This document shows positions 45,300 through 56,000 of a stretch of DNA of 64,000 bases, piece after piece; the stretch's first letter is position 1, and every line of letters starts with the position of its first letter. The position numbers and the translations under genes are program-made. The stretch comes from a virus (taxonomy: Duplodnaviria > Caudoviricetes). The notes beneath the pieces were generated by a model, which saw only the letters and a list, made by a program, of their open reading frames with translations, was not told the origin of the DNA and did not search any database. The stretch spans positions 3,126 through 67,125 of IMG/VR virus record IMGVR_UViG_2913584337_000003, one strand, 5' to 3'.

Positions 45300-45686
45300 A
45301 TGGAGTGGGATTTATTAGTGGCAACGGAATACATCAAGCTTAACACGCTAGACAACGAGGACTTTATTGACGGGGACGATACACGCAAGACAGCGTTATT
45401 AAACGTAGCAAGCCGCACACTCACACGAAAATTCAGCGGACTAACGATTCCGAACGAAGCCGTTTACCTTTTCGGCGCAGTGTTGGCGAGCGCATATAAC
45501 GATACTAATAAACTTCAGCAGCAAGGGGTCGCGGGCTTCTCGATAAAGGGCATCTCGTTTACATTTAAGGATTGGGCGAAGAAAGGACTCGACGCGCTAG
45601 TCCCACCGGAAGTAATCGACATCATCAACGAAGAGAACGGCGTGGAATTATCGACAGGACGCGTCATGAAATGGACGGTGTTGTAA
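45300..45686 (+). CDS. head-tail adaptor
   Basis: ATEYI..., GVAGFSIKGISFTF; position. Confidence 0.7.
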   Translation: MEWDLLVATEYIKLNTLDNEDFIDGDDTRKTALLNVASRTLTRKFSGLTIPNEAVYLFGAVLASAYNDTNKLQQQGVAGFSIKGISFTFKDWAKKGLDALVPPEVIDIINEENGVELSTGRVMKWTVL

Positions 45687-45687
45687 C

Positions 45688-46005
45688 ATGGCGATGATTC
45701 CAATGAAGCAATCCGTAACTATTCAGCGTAAAGGCGAGCCGGACGAGTGGGGCGAAGGTGGCGTACCGACTAGTTTCACGTTAAAATGTCGCGTAGATGA
45801 GCGCACGCAAGTCGTACAAAATCAGCTAGGCGACGAAGTGGTCAGCGGAATGGAAATCCTGTTCAACAAATTCCCGGACGTACGTTATGACGACGTAATC
45901 GAATATACAAACGAATTAGGCGTGACGATCAGACGTACTCCGATAAAGATTGAACCGGTCCGCATGATTAACGGAAAGCCAACGCTAACGGCGGTGCATT
46001 TGTAA
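45688..46005 (+). CDS. head closure / stopper protein
   Basis: DEWGE, NQLGDEVVS; position. Confidence 0.65.
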   Translation: MAMIPMKQSVTIQRKGEPDEWGEGGVPTSFTLKCRVDERTQVVQNQLGDEVVSGMEILFNKFPDVRYDDVIEYTNELGVTIRRTPIKIEPVRMINGKPTLTAVHL

Positions 46006-46406
46006 TGGCGAAGGACTTCGATCTAGACCTCGGACCACTACGCAATTTAATCGCAAAGTCGCCGGACGCAGCAGGGCGCGGGGCTAAGCAGGCACTAGAC
46101 GATATAAAGGACGATTGGGTTCGAGAGGCTCGCGACATTGCTCCGTTAGATACCGGCAATTTACGTCGGCAAATAGCGGGTGAAGTTGAAGGGCAGGAGC
46201 TCAATTCGAAGGTTATCGTTACGGCGAATGCTGCGCAAAAAGGATTCAACTACGGCTACTACATCCACGAAGAGAACGCCGGAGGCAAGTCGCTTAGGAC
46301 GTCAGGCACGGTTAAGAAATTCTTAGACGAATCGGCGGACGAGGCAAAATGGCAGCGGTGGCTCGAAGAGGAAATAGAGAACGAACTTAAGAAGGCGGGG
46401 TGGTAG
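46005..46406 (+). CDS. HK97 gp10-like tail completion protein
   Basis: APLDTGNLRR, NYGYYIHE. Confidence 0.8.
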   Translation: MAKDFDLDLGPLRNLIAKSPDAAGRGAKQALDDIKDDWVREARDIAPLDTGNLRRQIAGEVEGQELNSKVIVTANAAQKGFNYGYYIHEENAGGKSLRTSGTVKKFLDESADEAKWQRWLEEEIENELKKAGW

Positions 46407-46870
46407 GTTTGGCGGACATTAAAACGGAGGTTCAAAGTATTCGCGATTTTGTTGCGCCTGAGCTGCCGGGCGCCACGTTTAAGTTGCAGAATATGCCGGA
46501 CACATACAAGGCGGCTGAGCTGGTGATTGAGCTTGTCGGAAGTAAGGCGGGTACAGAAACAGCGTCCAGTTACCGCATTGACCAGACGTATCAACTAGTA
46601 TACTTCGGAACTAGCAAGCTCGACTGCTTGACTAAAATGCAGGCGATCGAACGCTTGCTGAACGACAAGCAAATGATTCCGTTAGGGGCTCGGTACTTAC
46701 GTATCGGGTCTTTTTCGTTATCGCAATCGTTCAAGACGGAAACGACGGGCGTGTTCGCAGTAATTGGAATGTTAGAGGCGGAGATTCGCGAAACACGGAC
46801 GTATGTCGCTTATGAACCAATTAACAACCTAGAAACAGACACAACAGTATTTACGGAGGAGGACGAGTAA
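46400..46870 (+). CDS. tail terminator protein (putative)
   Basis: 156 aa directly before the sheath gene. Confidence 0.6.
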   Translation: MVGLADIKTEVQSIRDFVAPELPGATFKLQNMPDTYKAAELVIELVGSKAGTETASSYRIDQTYQLVYFGTSKLDCLTKMQAIERLLNDKQMIPLGARYLRIGSFSLSQSFKTETTGVFAVIGMLEAEIRETRTYVAYEPINNLETDTTVFTEEDE

Positions 46871-47920
46871 ATGGCAATTAATCAATGGGACCCGGCGAAC
46901 CCCCCGATTCGCCCAGGCTTATATACGAATTTCGTAAATGCGGCTGAGGGACAAATCACAGGAGGCGCACGTGGTATCGTAGCAATCCCGTTAAACACGT
47001 ATACGGGAGGAACAGCTACAGCTAAAACATTTTACACGGTGAGCGACGAAACGGGTGCGGCGGAACTATTCGGTGCAGCGAACATTCAGTCGATTAAATT
47101 CGCATTACAAGGCGGCGCGAAAGAGGTACTTGTCTACACGATGCCAGCAACGCCAGCAACTGCGGACTACGTAGATATGCGCAACGCATTCGAAGCACGA
47201 CCATTCAACGTGTTTGTATTCGACGGAGAGCCAAGCGCAACCGAACGAACTAATACGGTGGCGTGGGTGGTCGCAAACCGAACAGAACGCAAGCATTTCA
47301 TGTTCGTTACGGGCGGCACAGCGGCAGACGACGCTAACCCAGCGACAGGAAATACTCGCTCAGCGGCGTTACTTGACGATTATGTAGTAAATCTTATCAC
47401 AGGCGTATCTATCGATGGGACTGATTATTCAAGCGGAAAGTATGCGGCTCATATCGCAGGCTTAATCGCAGGTACGGCAATCAATCGCTCCATCACGTTT
47501 ACAGAAGTAGCGGTCGATGATGTGACGAAACGCTTACGTAATAGCGAAATCATTACGGCACTCGAAGCAGGCTCGCTGGTGCTCGTCAATGACGGCGAAA
47601 AAGTTAAGATCGAGCAAGGTATTACAACAGCTAAGACGAAGATTCGCTCAACTCGCTCACGCCAAGCAGTTGCAACGGACGTCGAAAAGACGGCTCGCGA
47701 TAACTACATCGGCAAGCTAGACAATAATGAAGACGGACAGGTAGCGTTGATTAACGCAATCAAAGCGTACCTCGAAACGCTCGAAGCGAGTAACGTGCTG
47801 ACGGACATCGTGGTCGAACTAGACACACAGAATCCTAGCGTTGGCGACACCGTTTTCTTAACGATTGCTTATCGCGAAATTGATTCGATGGAGCGGATTT
47901 TCTTAACAATTAACGTTTAA
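46871..47920 (+). CDS. contractile tail sheath protein (XkdK-like)
   Basis: RPGLYTNF, ARGIVAIP, YIGKLDNNEDGQ, DSMERIF. Confidence 0.9.
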   Translation: MAINQWDPANPPIRPGLYTNFVNAAEGQITGGARGIVAIPLNTYTGGTATAKTFYTVSDETGAAELFGAANIQSIKFALQGGAKEVLVYTMPATPATADYVDMRNAFEARPFNVFVFDGEPSATERTNTVAWVVANRTERKHFMFVTGGTAADDANPATGNTRSAALLDDYVVNLITGVSIDGTDYSSGKYAAHIAGLIAGTAINRSITFTEVAVDDVTKRLRNSEIITALEAGSLVLVNDGEKVKIEQGITTAKTKIRSTRSRQAVATDVEKTARDNYIGKLDNNEDGQVALINAIKAYLETLEASNVLTDIVVELDTQNPSVGDTVFLTIAYREIDSMERIFLTINV

Positions 47921-47948
47921 TAAACGAAAGAAGGACGGTGAATAACGG

Positions 47949-48374
47949 ATGGTATTAGATGCAACGAAAACGTTGAACGGCAGCTTCGGGAAAATGTACT
48001 CGGCCGATGGTGAATGGCTTACTAACGTAACACAAGCGGAAGCAAACGGAGAAATCGGTAAAGAGGAAGTCATGCGTGCAGGTACGCGTGTAACCGGCCA
48101 TAAAGTCGTAAGTATTACTTATTCCGGCACAATGACGGGGTATAAGATTACTGCAAAACTAGCGAAACAAATTGCACAAGTCAAAAACGATTCAAAAGGT
48201 TCATTTGTTACGGAGCTAGTGATGAAACTCGATGATCCGGAAAATCACGAAGGCAAAACACATGTACGTATCAAAGGCGTACAGTTCGATAATATTCCGA
48301 TTTTATCTTACGAGGTTGGTAGTTTGGTAACGGAAGAAACTCCGTTCACATTCTCGGATTTCGAATATCTGTAA
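47949..48374 (+). CDS. tail tube protein (XkdM-like)
   Basis: NGSFG, KLDDPE, EETPFTF. Confidence 0.9.
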   Translation: MVLDATKTLNGSFGKMYSADGEWLTNVTQAEANGEIGKEEVMRAGTRVTGHKVVSITYSGTMTGYKITAKLAKQIAQVKNDSKGSFVTELVMKLDDPENHEGKTHVRIKGVQFDNIPILSYEVGSLVTEETPFTFSDFEYL

Positions 48375-48439
48375 AACACTGGCGGGCGTAAAAATCCCGC
48401 CTTTAAATCTAACAATTAGTTTATGAAGGGGTGACGTAA

Positions 48440-48832
48440 ATGAGCGACGCATTAAAAGCGTTATTGGCTTCGGATTTGAATATCGAAAAGAACGTCCACA
48501 TTAAACGACTTGGCGTGGATTTTATCGTAAAGGCGTTAACCGACGAAACTCTCGAAGAGGCTCGCGAAGAAGCGACGCACTTTGTCGGAAAAGGTGCTAA
48601 GCAAAAGAAGGAAGTCGACACAAGGATGCTCGGCGGATTACTTATATCAAAGGCTTGCGTTGAGCCCGACTTTAACCACGTGGAACTAATCAAAGCGAAG
48701 GGCGCAAAGGACGCGGCTGACGTCGTAACTAAAACGTTATTGCCTGGAGAAATCGAAAAGCTTCAGATGGCGATCCTCGAACTTAGTGGTTTTGAGGACG
48801 ATGAAGAGGAAATCGAAGAAGTAAAAAACTAA
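48440..48832 (+). CDS. tail assembly chaperone (XkdN-like)
   Basis: LLPGE, LSGF, ends EVKN on slippery A AAA AAC. Confidence 0.85.
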   Translation: MSDALKALLASDLNIEKNVHIKRLGVDFIVKALTDETLEEAREEATHFVGKGAKQKKEVDTRMLGGLLISKACVEPDFNHVELIKAKGAKDAADVVTKTLLPGEIEKLQMAILELSGFEDDEEEIEEVKN

Positions 48833-49008
48833 TACTGGCGGGTGGCGAACCATACTTACTACACGAAATTTTCCAACGCCACGGAATCCCGCCTGACGAA
48901 GTTTACCAAAAGCCTTGGCGACACCGCAAGTTCATGTACGCGTCAATGGAACTCGTACTTGAAGAGGAAGCAAAAGAACGAAATAAGGCGGAAGGGAGGA
49001 CGAAATAA
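48823..49008 (+). CDS. -1 frameshift extension of the tail assembly chaperone
   Basis: A AAA AAC at 48823-48829; -1 frame open to TAA 49008 (KLILAGGEPYLLHEIF...FMYASMEL...). Confidence 0.75.
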   Translation, partial: KKLILAGGEPYLLHEIFQRHGIPPDEVYQKPWRHRKFMYASMELVLEEEAKERNKAEGRTK

Positions 49009-50579
49009 TGGCGTTTGATTTAAGAGCGATACTTCGGTTGGACGATAAGTTTTCCGACCCGATGCGGAAGATCACCCGCCAAACAGCGCGAACAGAAAAG
49101 GCAATGGATACGCTCGCTAGGTCGACAACCAAGGCGGAAACTTCTGCAAATAGGGCCGGTCGCTCATTTGACAAGATGGGCGGAGGTATCGGCTCAGTTA
49201 CGAAAGGACTAGGCATGTTAACGGGAGCACTTGCCGGCGTGGCTGCCGGATATGCGGCGGTTGAAGGCGCAAAGAAAGTCTTCGAAGCTACCGTGCTTGA
49301 GGCGGCGAAATTCGAGCAGTCTAACGTAATCATCGGCGCAATGTTTGACGATAAAAAGCTAGCGAAACAGTATACGGATATGGTCGACCGACTTTCAGTT
49401 CAATCTCCGATACTTGATTCGCAAACAGTTTACGGAAACTCAAAATCGTTCATTACGCTGAGTAAGAATACGAAGGAACTCGAAAAAATGTGGAAGATAA
49501 CCGAACGACTTGCGGCCATAGATCCGGGGCAAGGGATTGAAGGCGCGGTGTTTTCATTGCGTGAATTATTTAGTGGCGACGCCCTCTCGATTATTGACCG
49601 GTTTGAAATGCCACGGAAGATAATGAACGAAATCAAGAGTCTACCGTTAGAACAGCAGCTTGTTAAGCTCGATGAATACTTTAACAAAATCGGCATGACT
49701 ACGAAACTAGTCGACGATATGGGCGGAACGACGATCGGATTATGGGCGCGAGTTCGCGAACAATTTGCGTTATTGTTACGCGACATGGGTGCGCCGTCGC
49801 TCGAAGTTATCAGCGGATTCTTATCGAATTTAATCGCAAAACTTGAAGGTGGAGACTTTTCAAAAGCCGCAAACGTTGGCGCTAAAATCATTAAAAATAT
49901 CCTTACCGGTCTAACAAACGGAGCCACGTCGCTAATCAACTGGTTCACTGCGTTATCTAATTCCGAAGAGTGGAAGAAAAAGACCACTTTGAGCGCAAAA
50001 GTTGAATGGATAATAACGGATTTATTCGCGAAATTCCAGTCGTGGCTTGATGGCGGCGGTCGCGAAAAGATTCAGAAAGCCGGAGAAGTGGCGGTGCAAA
50101 TCTTAGGTACAGCGTTGTCTTCGTCACAGGGTCCGATCATTGAAGCTGGTGTAAAAATCGGCACAGCTATCGGAAAAGGCGTAATTGACGGCGCCATTAA
50201 ATACGTAAAAGACAACGGTTGGAAAATCGCCAATCTCAACCCGACGAACGCTGTCGGTAGTTATAGCGGTAAGCTCGGTAAAAAAGCCGTTGGTTGGGTG
50301 AAAGATAAAACGTCACGTTGGTTCGGCGGAGAAAGTTCGCACAATGGCGGACTTGACCGCGTACCTTACAACGGTTACAGCGCCCGTTTGCACAAGGACG
50401 AGGCGGTACTAACTCGCGGAGAGGCAGCGGAATACCGTGCGCAAAAGCAAGGCAAAGGCGTAGGCAATACGTATCAATTTAACGTAACGATTGGCGGTGG
50501 TTCGACAGAGCAACAAGCGGAGCAACTCTTCGACATATTCGTTAAGAAAGTCGAACAAGCGGGAGGTGCAGGTGCATAA
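49008..50579 (+). CDS. tape measure protein
   Basis: 523 aa, Ala/Gly-rich helical, after the chaperone; HNGGLDRVPYNGYSARLHKDE. Confidence 0.85.
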   Translation: MAFDLRAILRLDDKFSDPMRKITRQTARTEKAMDTLARSTTKAETSANRAGRSFDKMGGGIGSVTKGLGMLTGALAGVAAGYAAVEGAKKVFEATVLEAAKFEQSNVIIGAMFDDKKLAKQYTDMVDRLSVQSPILDSQTVYGNSKSFITLSKNTKELEKMWKITERLAAIDPGQGIEGAVFSLRELFSGDALSIIDRFEMPRKIMNEIKSLPLEQQLVKLDEYFNKIGMTTKLVDDMGGTTIGLWARVREQFALLLRDMGAPSLEVISGFLSNLIAKLEGGDFSKAANVGAKIIKNILTGLTNGATSLINWFTALSNSEEWKKKTTLSAKVEWIITDLFAKFQSWLDGGGREKIQKAGEVAVQILGTALSSSQGPIIEAGVKIGTAIGKGVIDGAIKYVKDNGWKIANLNPTNAVGSYSGKLGKKAVGWVKDKTSRWFGGESSHNGGLDRVPYNGYSARLHKDEAVLTRGEAAEYRAQKQGKGVGNTYQFNVTIGGGSTEQQAEQLFDIFVKKVEQAGGAGA

Positions 50580-51235
50580 TGGCGGTAGAATTCTGGCTTA
50601 TTAGTGGTAAAGAACGACTGCGCCTGCCCGTCAATCCTACGGCGAATGCTTATGACTCTCCGTTCGATTACGAAGATATCGAAGTTGAAGGACTCGGCGA
50701 GGTAACGAATATCAAACTACGGGGCTTGCGCCCATTTACGATACAAACATTTTGGCCGAAGCATTATAATCCGACATACTGCGGCTATAGAGGATTCATT
50801 TCCCCTACCGCCTTCGTCGCTAAAATCGAAAGTTGGCGTAACCGTCGGCAACCGATTCAGTACGTAGTTACTGGCGCTGGCGGCGTTAATCTCCCCGTAA
50901 CCATACGCGACTTTCAAATCGAAGCTGAACGTGCCGGCTCGCCCGGTGACATTTATTTTACGTTGGCGTTAAAGGAATGGCGCGAGGTTAGAGTCGAAAG
51001 GGTAACGGTTGCTAAACCGAAGCCTAAGCCGAAGCCACGTCCTCCTAAGCCGAAGCCAGTCCCGAAGAAGATATACGTTGTGAAGAAAGGTGACTGCCTG
51101 TGGAATATCGCGAAGAAGCCTTCCGTTTACGGCGACGCAACAAAATGGCGCAAGATTTACAACGCGAATAAGAAGTTAATCGGCAAGAATCCGAACTTGA
51201 TTTATCCGGGGCAAAAGTTGGTGATACCAAAATGA
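50579..51235 (+). CDS. LysM-domain tail/baseplate protein (XkdP-like)
   Basis: LPVNP, YVVKKGDCLWNIAK, NPNLIYPGQKL. Confidence 0.9.
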   Translation: MAVEFWLISGKERLRLPVNPTANAYDSPFDYEDIEVEGLGEVTNIKLRGLRPFTIQTFWPKHYNPTYCGYRGFISPTAFVAKIESWRNRRQPIQYVVTGAGGVNLPVTIRDFQIEAERAGSPGDIYFTLALKEWREVRVERVTVAKPKPKPKPRPPKPKPVPKKIYVVKKGDCLWNIAKKPSVYGDATKWRKIYNANKKLIGKNPNLIYPGQKLVIPK

Positions 51236-52647
51236 GCGTTTCTCTTCGGTATTACTCAAGCTCTGACACCTACGTTAAATTAACGGAGTTAGTCACTTCG
51301 GTAAATTGGTCAGGGGAAACAACGCAGGCCAGCCGTTCGTGCAAGGTGTCGATGAGCAATACGACAAACGGCACGACGAAGGCGGTTAATATCGAGGTCG
51401 GGAAGGACGTTCGGCTTTACGTAGATGGAGACGAAATCTTTCGCGGCGTTATCTTCAATACTGAAATAGCCAGCGACGGCTCCTTTTCGTTTACGGCGTA
51501 CGACTATAACTATTACCTTACGAAAAATATGGACTCGATGAAGTTCGTTAAGCAGAAGGCTTCACAAATCATTCGCACTATCTGCAGTAAGTATGGAATC
51601 AGTGCGGGCACGATCGACGACACAGGCTACGTTATTCCTAAATTAATTCTGCGCGATAAAACTTTATACGACATGATTATGATAGCCTTGACGGAAACTC
51701 GAAAGAAAACCGGCAAGGTTTTTATGCTTGGAAACGAAAAAGGAAAGTTAGTTTTACGCGAGAGAAAGTCGCAGGTAAAGCGCTTGATTATAAAGGACGG
51801 CTCGAACTTACTTAGCGCCAGTTACTCGGAATCTATTGAAGACTTACGCAACTCCGTTCGTATCACAGGGAAGAGCGGCGAGGAATCGAAAGGTGTCACG
51901 GTCAGCGATTCGGCGTCCACTAAGAAATACGGACTGATGCGCGAGAAGGAGCACGAAAGCGAGAAGTCAGTCGCTCAACTTATGCCGATTGCCAACGCTT
52001 TACTGAAGGAACTCAACAAAGTAGCGAGGGAGTCTAACATAGATGCTCTCGGCGAGAAGTCAATTATCTCCGGCAAAATGGTGCAAGTCAGCGAGAAAAT
52101 GACGGGCATCAGCGGAGGATTTTACGTTATTACCGACTCGCATACGTTCGAGCCTAACGGACTCCATTCGATGAGCATTACCGTATCGAAAACATTGGAA
52201 TTAAACGAGCTAGAATATGAGCCACCTGAAGAACCGGAGAAGACTATGGCAAGCGGCGGCGCCTCAAATGACAAGGCAACCGACGTAGTTAACCTAGCGC
52301 GTAGCTTTAAGGGGAAAGTTCGTTATGTATTCGGCGGAAAGAGTATTGCAAACGGTACGGGCGATTGTTCCGGGTTTACTTACTACGTATTCAAGAAAGC
52401 AACTGGTAAAGACATCGGCCACGGCACGTCGGCACAGATACGAAAAGGAAAGCAAGTTTCGAAGGCAAGCGCTCAGGCGGGCGATTTAGTGTTCTTCCAA
52501 GGTACGTATCGTTCCGGAGTTTCCCACGTTGGTATCGTAACGCGTCCAGGATTTTGCGTAAGCTTAGCTTCGTCTGGATGCCAGGAACACAGCTATACGA
52601 CAGGTTACTGGGCTGGTCACTACATGGAGATACGGAGGGTGATTTAA
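51232..52647 (+). CDS. baseplate hub (XkdQ-like) fused to an NlpC/P60 peptidase
   Basis: XkdQ-like N-terminus; YVFGG, DCSGF, GDLVFF, SHVGI. Confidence 0.85.
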   Translation: MSVSLRYYSSSDTYVKLTELVTSVNWSGETTQASRSCKVSMSNTTNGTTKAVNIEVGKDVRLYVDGDEIFRGVIFNTEIASDGSFSFTAYDYNYYLTKNMDSMKFVKQKASQIIRTICSKYGISAGTIDDTGYVIPKLILRDKTLYDMIMIALTETRKKTGKVFMLGNEKGKLVLRERKSQVKRLIIKDGSNLLSASYSESIEDLRNSVRITGKSGEESKGVTVSDSASTKKYGLMREKEHESEKSVAQLMPIANALLKELNKVARESNIDALGEKSIISGKMVQVSEKMTGISGGFYVITDSHTFEPNGLHSMSITVSKTLELNELEYEPPEEPEKTMASGGASNDKATDVVNLARSFKGKVRYVFGGKSIANGTGDCSGFTYYVFKKATGKDIGHGTSAQIRKGKQVSKASAQAGDLVFFQGTYRSGVSHVGIVTRPGFCVSLASSGCQEHSYTTGYWAGHYMEIRRVI

Positions 52648-52649
52648 CG

Positions 52650-52931
52650 ATGGATAAACGCATAGGACTCGAAGGTTCATCGGCATCGAAGTTCGTCCAA
52701 CTAATCCGCCAACACGGACATAACAAGGATGTCACCATCGAACTAGGCGAAGTGTTGGCGCCTATGCCTAACCTTAAGCTTCGCGTCGGGACTGATGAGA
52801 TTGACCTCGACATGGACGACTTAATCGTATCGCAGACGGCGGCCAACGGCGGTCTTTCGGTAGGGGATCGCGTTATCATCATAGGAGACGACGATTCGCA
52901 ATTATATTTCGTAATAGATAAGGCGGTGTAA
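52650..52931 (+). CDS. XkdR/DUF2577-like baseplate protein
   Basis: LSVGDRVII ... YFVIDK. Confidence 0.75.
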   Translation: MDKRIGLEGSSASKFVQLIRQHGHNKDVTIELGEVLAPMPNLKLRVGTDEIDLDMDDLIVSQTAANGGLSVGDRVIIIGDDDSQLYFVIDKAV

Positions 52932-52933
52932 AT

Positions 52934-53374
52934 ATGGCGTTTATTCCCGAAAATTACTCAGATGCTTTAGACGAAGCAATCCTGGCGGAAGAGGAAGCGG
53001 AGATAGTCGTTGAGCCGTCGAAAACGTGGGCGATTGATTTCGAAAATGGCACCATCGGAAAGTTTATAGATGGGGGAGAATCTTTGCGGCAGTTCATCCG
53101 GAAGGCTATTTTAACGGAGCGGTCAAGGTTCGCCATTTATTCGGACGACTACGGATGTGAATTAAACGAGCTAATCGGCGACGACGAAATTACAGAGGAG
53201 TTGCTCGACGCAGAGGTTCCTCGGATAGTTAGCGAGGCACTTGTTTATGACGACCGAATTGACGATGTGCAGACGACGTTTACACGGGATGGCGACAAGT
53301 TGTTCATTACCGTTACGGTGATTCCCGCGGATAACGACGTTGTAATAACGGAGGAGGTGGAAGTAAATGTATGA
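52934..53374 (+). CDS. XkdS/DUF2634-like baseplate wedge protein
   Basis: TERSRFAIYSDDYGCE, EALVYDDRI. Confidence 0.85.
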   Translation: MAFIPENYSDALDEAILAEEEAEIVVEPSKTWAIDFENGTIGKFIDGGESLRQFIRKAILTERSRFAIYSDDYGCELNELIGDDEITEELLDAEVPRIVSEALVYDDRIDDVQTTFTRDGDKLFITVTVIPADNDVVITEEVEVNV

Positions 53375-54422
53375 ATATAAAACGCCAGAAGCGATACTCG
53401 AGGCGATGCTTGAGGACGTTGACGATTCGATCGATAAGCGGGAGGGATCGGTCGCTTACGACTTGCTTTACCCGTCTGCAATCGAGCTATCGTTGGCATA
53501 CGTCGAGTTGGACGCAGTTATGATGCTAGCCTTCGCGGAAACAACAGAAGGGCAATGGCTCGACTTACGTGCAGGCGAATTCGGTGTAACGCGAAAAGCA
53601 GCAGCCAAGTCGGAAGGGATCGTCACGTTAACCGGACCTGAAGGCACAATCGTTCCCGTAGATACGCTACTTATGACGGACGATGAGGAGCCTGTCTATT
53701 TCCTAACGAAGGACGAAGTTGTCCTTACGGGAGGAATGGCTACAGTTACGGCAGAGTCGCAAGATGGCGGGGAAGACGGAAACATATTGGCGGGTCGAAT
53801 TACTTCGTTAGCTCCAGGAGATTTATCCGGAGTGGTTATGGCAACAAACGCTTTAGCCTTTAGCGGAGGGGCTGACGCAGAGTCTGACAAAGAATTACTT
53901 GGGCGCCTAAAGGATCGCGTGCAGAAGCCGGCTACCAGTGGAAACGCTAATCATTATTTGCAATGGGCGAGGGAAGTCGTCGGAGTAAGTGATGCGAAGG
54001 TTTATCCATTATGGGCCGGACCTGGTACGGTGAAAGTCGTCCTACTAAGCTCGGACAGAAAAGCGCCGAATCAAACGATCATCAACGCAGCAACTACGTA
54101 TATCGAATCGCAGCGTCCTTTCGGGGCAGCAGTAACCGTCACAGGCGTGGTCGAGGTTCCGATTAACGTTACGGCAACGCTGACGCTGCAGGCTGGCGGA
54201 GACATCTTGGCAGTTAAAGCGGAATTCGAAACGGCGTTAGACGAGTATCTTGAAGGTTTAGCGTTTAGGGATACCATCGTAAGGTACTCACGGATTGCGA
54301 ATCTGCTGCTCGACATTCCGGACGTGCTTGACTACAGCGGACTTACTATAAACGGGGGCACGGCTAACATCGCCATTCCAGACGGGCAGGTTGCCATTAA
54401 CGGGACGGTGACTTTAACGTGA
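53367..54422 (+). CDS. baseplate J protein (XkdT-like)
   Basis: DKREGS, GGADAESD, SGNANHY, GPGTVKV. Confidence 0.9.
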   Translation: MYEYKTPEAILEAMLEDVDDSIDKREGSVAYDLLYPSAIELSLAYVELDAVMMLAFAETTEGQWLDLRAGEFGVTRKAAAKSEGIVTLTGPEGTIVPVDTLLMTDDEEPVYFLTKDEVVLTGGMATVTAESQDGGEDGNILAGRITSLAPGDLSGVVMATNALAFSGGADAESDKELLGRLKDRVQKPATSGNANHYLQWAREVVGVSDAKVYPLWAGPGTVKVVLLSSDRKAPNQTIINAATTYIESQRPFGAAVTVTGVVEVPINVTATLTLQAGGDILAVKAEFETALDEYLEGLAFRDTIVRYSRIANLLLDIPDVLDYSGLTINGGTANIAIPDGQVAINGTVTLT

Positions 54423-55081
54423 ATACTACTCGCGATATAAAGCGTGCCATGTTCGACTATCTGCCTAAGTATTACGAAGAACTTCGCGAATCTGAAGCGA
54501 TTATAAACGCGAAAGCAGCCGCTTATCTTCGCCTAATGTACGATATTGACGACGTAATGGAGCAAATGTTCATCGATAAGGCATCTTGGGGGTTAGCGCT
54601 CTGGGAGAAATTGCTCGGCATTAAGATCGGTGCTAGTCATTCCGTATGGAAGGTGCTCGAAGACATCCGTCCGGTGTTCGAGGAAATTGAGGAGATGGAC
54701 TGGACCAGCTTCGAGGATACGTTTGTTGTAGATCGCTCCGGAAGACGGTCGACTATCAAATCGAGAATACGCGGATTTGGCTCGGTCAATGTGGCGCTAT
54801 TGAAAAGCGTTTGTGAATCGTACGTTGGCGGAGAGGTAGAAGTCAGCGAGTCTCCTGACGCCCACAAAGTTACGATTAAATTCATTGATTCGCGCGGAAT
54901 CCCTTCGAATATAGACGATTTAAAAGCGGCGGTGGCAGAGATTATGCCCGCGCATTTGGTCGTGGAATATACGTATCGTTACCTTTCGTGGGATGAATAC
55001 GATGCTTTCTCATGGGCGTGGGATACGTTGGACGCTAAACAATTTACTCACGATCAGCTCGAAGTTTATAAACCAGAATAA
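54419..55081 (+). CDS. XkdU/YmfQ (DUF2313)-like baseplate protein
   Basis: YLPKYY, ASWGLALWEKLLGI, PAHL. Confidence 0.85.
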   Translation: MNTTRDIKRAMFDYLPKYYEELRESEAIINAKAAAYLRLMYDIDDVMEQMFIDKASWGLALWEKLLGIKIGASHSVWKVLEDIRPVFEEIEEMDWTSFEDTFVVDRSGRRSTIKSRIRGFGSVNVALLKSVCESYVGGEVEVSESPDAHKVTIKFIDSRGIPSNIDDLKAAVAEIMPAHLVVEYTYRYLSWDEYDAFSWAWDTLDAKQFTHDQLEVYKPE

Positions 55082-55097
55082 ATCGGGAGGTGGCTAC

Positions 55098-56000
55098 ATG
55101 CCAGAATATACGCCGCGGATAGGATTACCGAAGCCGTTAGGAAATGAAAATGTATCGCGAGCGAATCATAACGCCCTTGTCGATAAGATTGACGAACAAG
55201 TCGGCACGCATTTAGAAAACATGAGCAATCCGCACGGAGTAACGGCAGAGCAAATCGGAGCTGTTCGGATGCCGGGGGCTGATGGATTATTACGCCTCGG
55301 TCAAATAGTATTATCCGACGACGTGCTACCGAAAAGTGCGGTGGAGAAGTTTATATTTGTCAGCACAACAGGGAACGATTCGACTGGTGACGGCACGAAA
55401 GCGAAGCCATATAAAACAATACAGCGTGCGGTTGACGTTATTCCAAATACACACATGAACGCTTATACAATCGCCTGCGCTGCGGGGAGTTATTCGGAAG
55501 AGGTGCTAATTAAAGGGCTCATTGGTGGCAGCGTGAAAATCCAATTGGACGGAATAGCGCCGTCAGCAAGGGACGGCGTAACGGGATTAAACGTGCTATC
55601 AATACTAGTCGAAGACTGTATGTGCTATGTCCGAATCAACGACGTTGACTTTTATAATTCTTCTACTATTTCACGTTCTTCAGTCCTTCGGTTCACTCGT
55701 AGCATGTACGGAGTTGCTAGCAACTGTCGTTTTGACGGAGATGCCAAGGTTAATAATAAATACTCCATTTTTTATGATGCCTCGAAAGGGCACGTTTATA
55801 CAAGCTACTTCACAGCCCAATTTACGTGTATGTGTGCACAATTCGGTTCGCAGGTTGTTTGGTCTGATACTAATGCGCACGGACCGACGAAGAGTGATTT
55901 CGGCCTGAGCGTATCTTCTTCAATTGTCCACAAAACTGGCGCTCTAAACCTTAACGCCACGACGCTCGAAACTACAGTTAGCGGAGGGGTTATCTACTAA
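55098..56000 (+). CDS. tail fibre protein 1 (beta-helix-like)
   Basis: NPHGVTAEQIGA, VSTTGNDSTGDGTKAKPYKTIQRAV. Confidence 0.75.
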   Translation: MPEYTPRIGLPKPLGNENVSRANHNALVDKIDEQVGTHLENMSNPHGVTAEQIGAVRMPGADGLLRLGQIVLSDDVLPKSAVEKFIFVSTTGNDSTGDGTKAKPYKTIQRAVDVIPNTHMNAYTIACAAGSYSEEVLIKGLIGGSVKIQLDGIAPSARDGVTGLNVLSILVEDCMCYVRINDVDFYNSSTISRSSVLRFTRSMYGVASNCRFDGDAKVNNKYSIFYDASKGHVYTSYFTAQFTCMCAQFGSQVVWSDTNAHGPTKSDFGLSVSSSIVHKTGALNLNATTLETTVSGGVIY

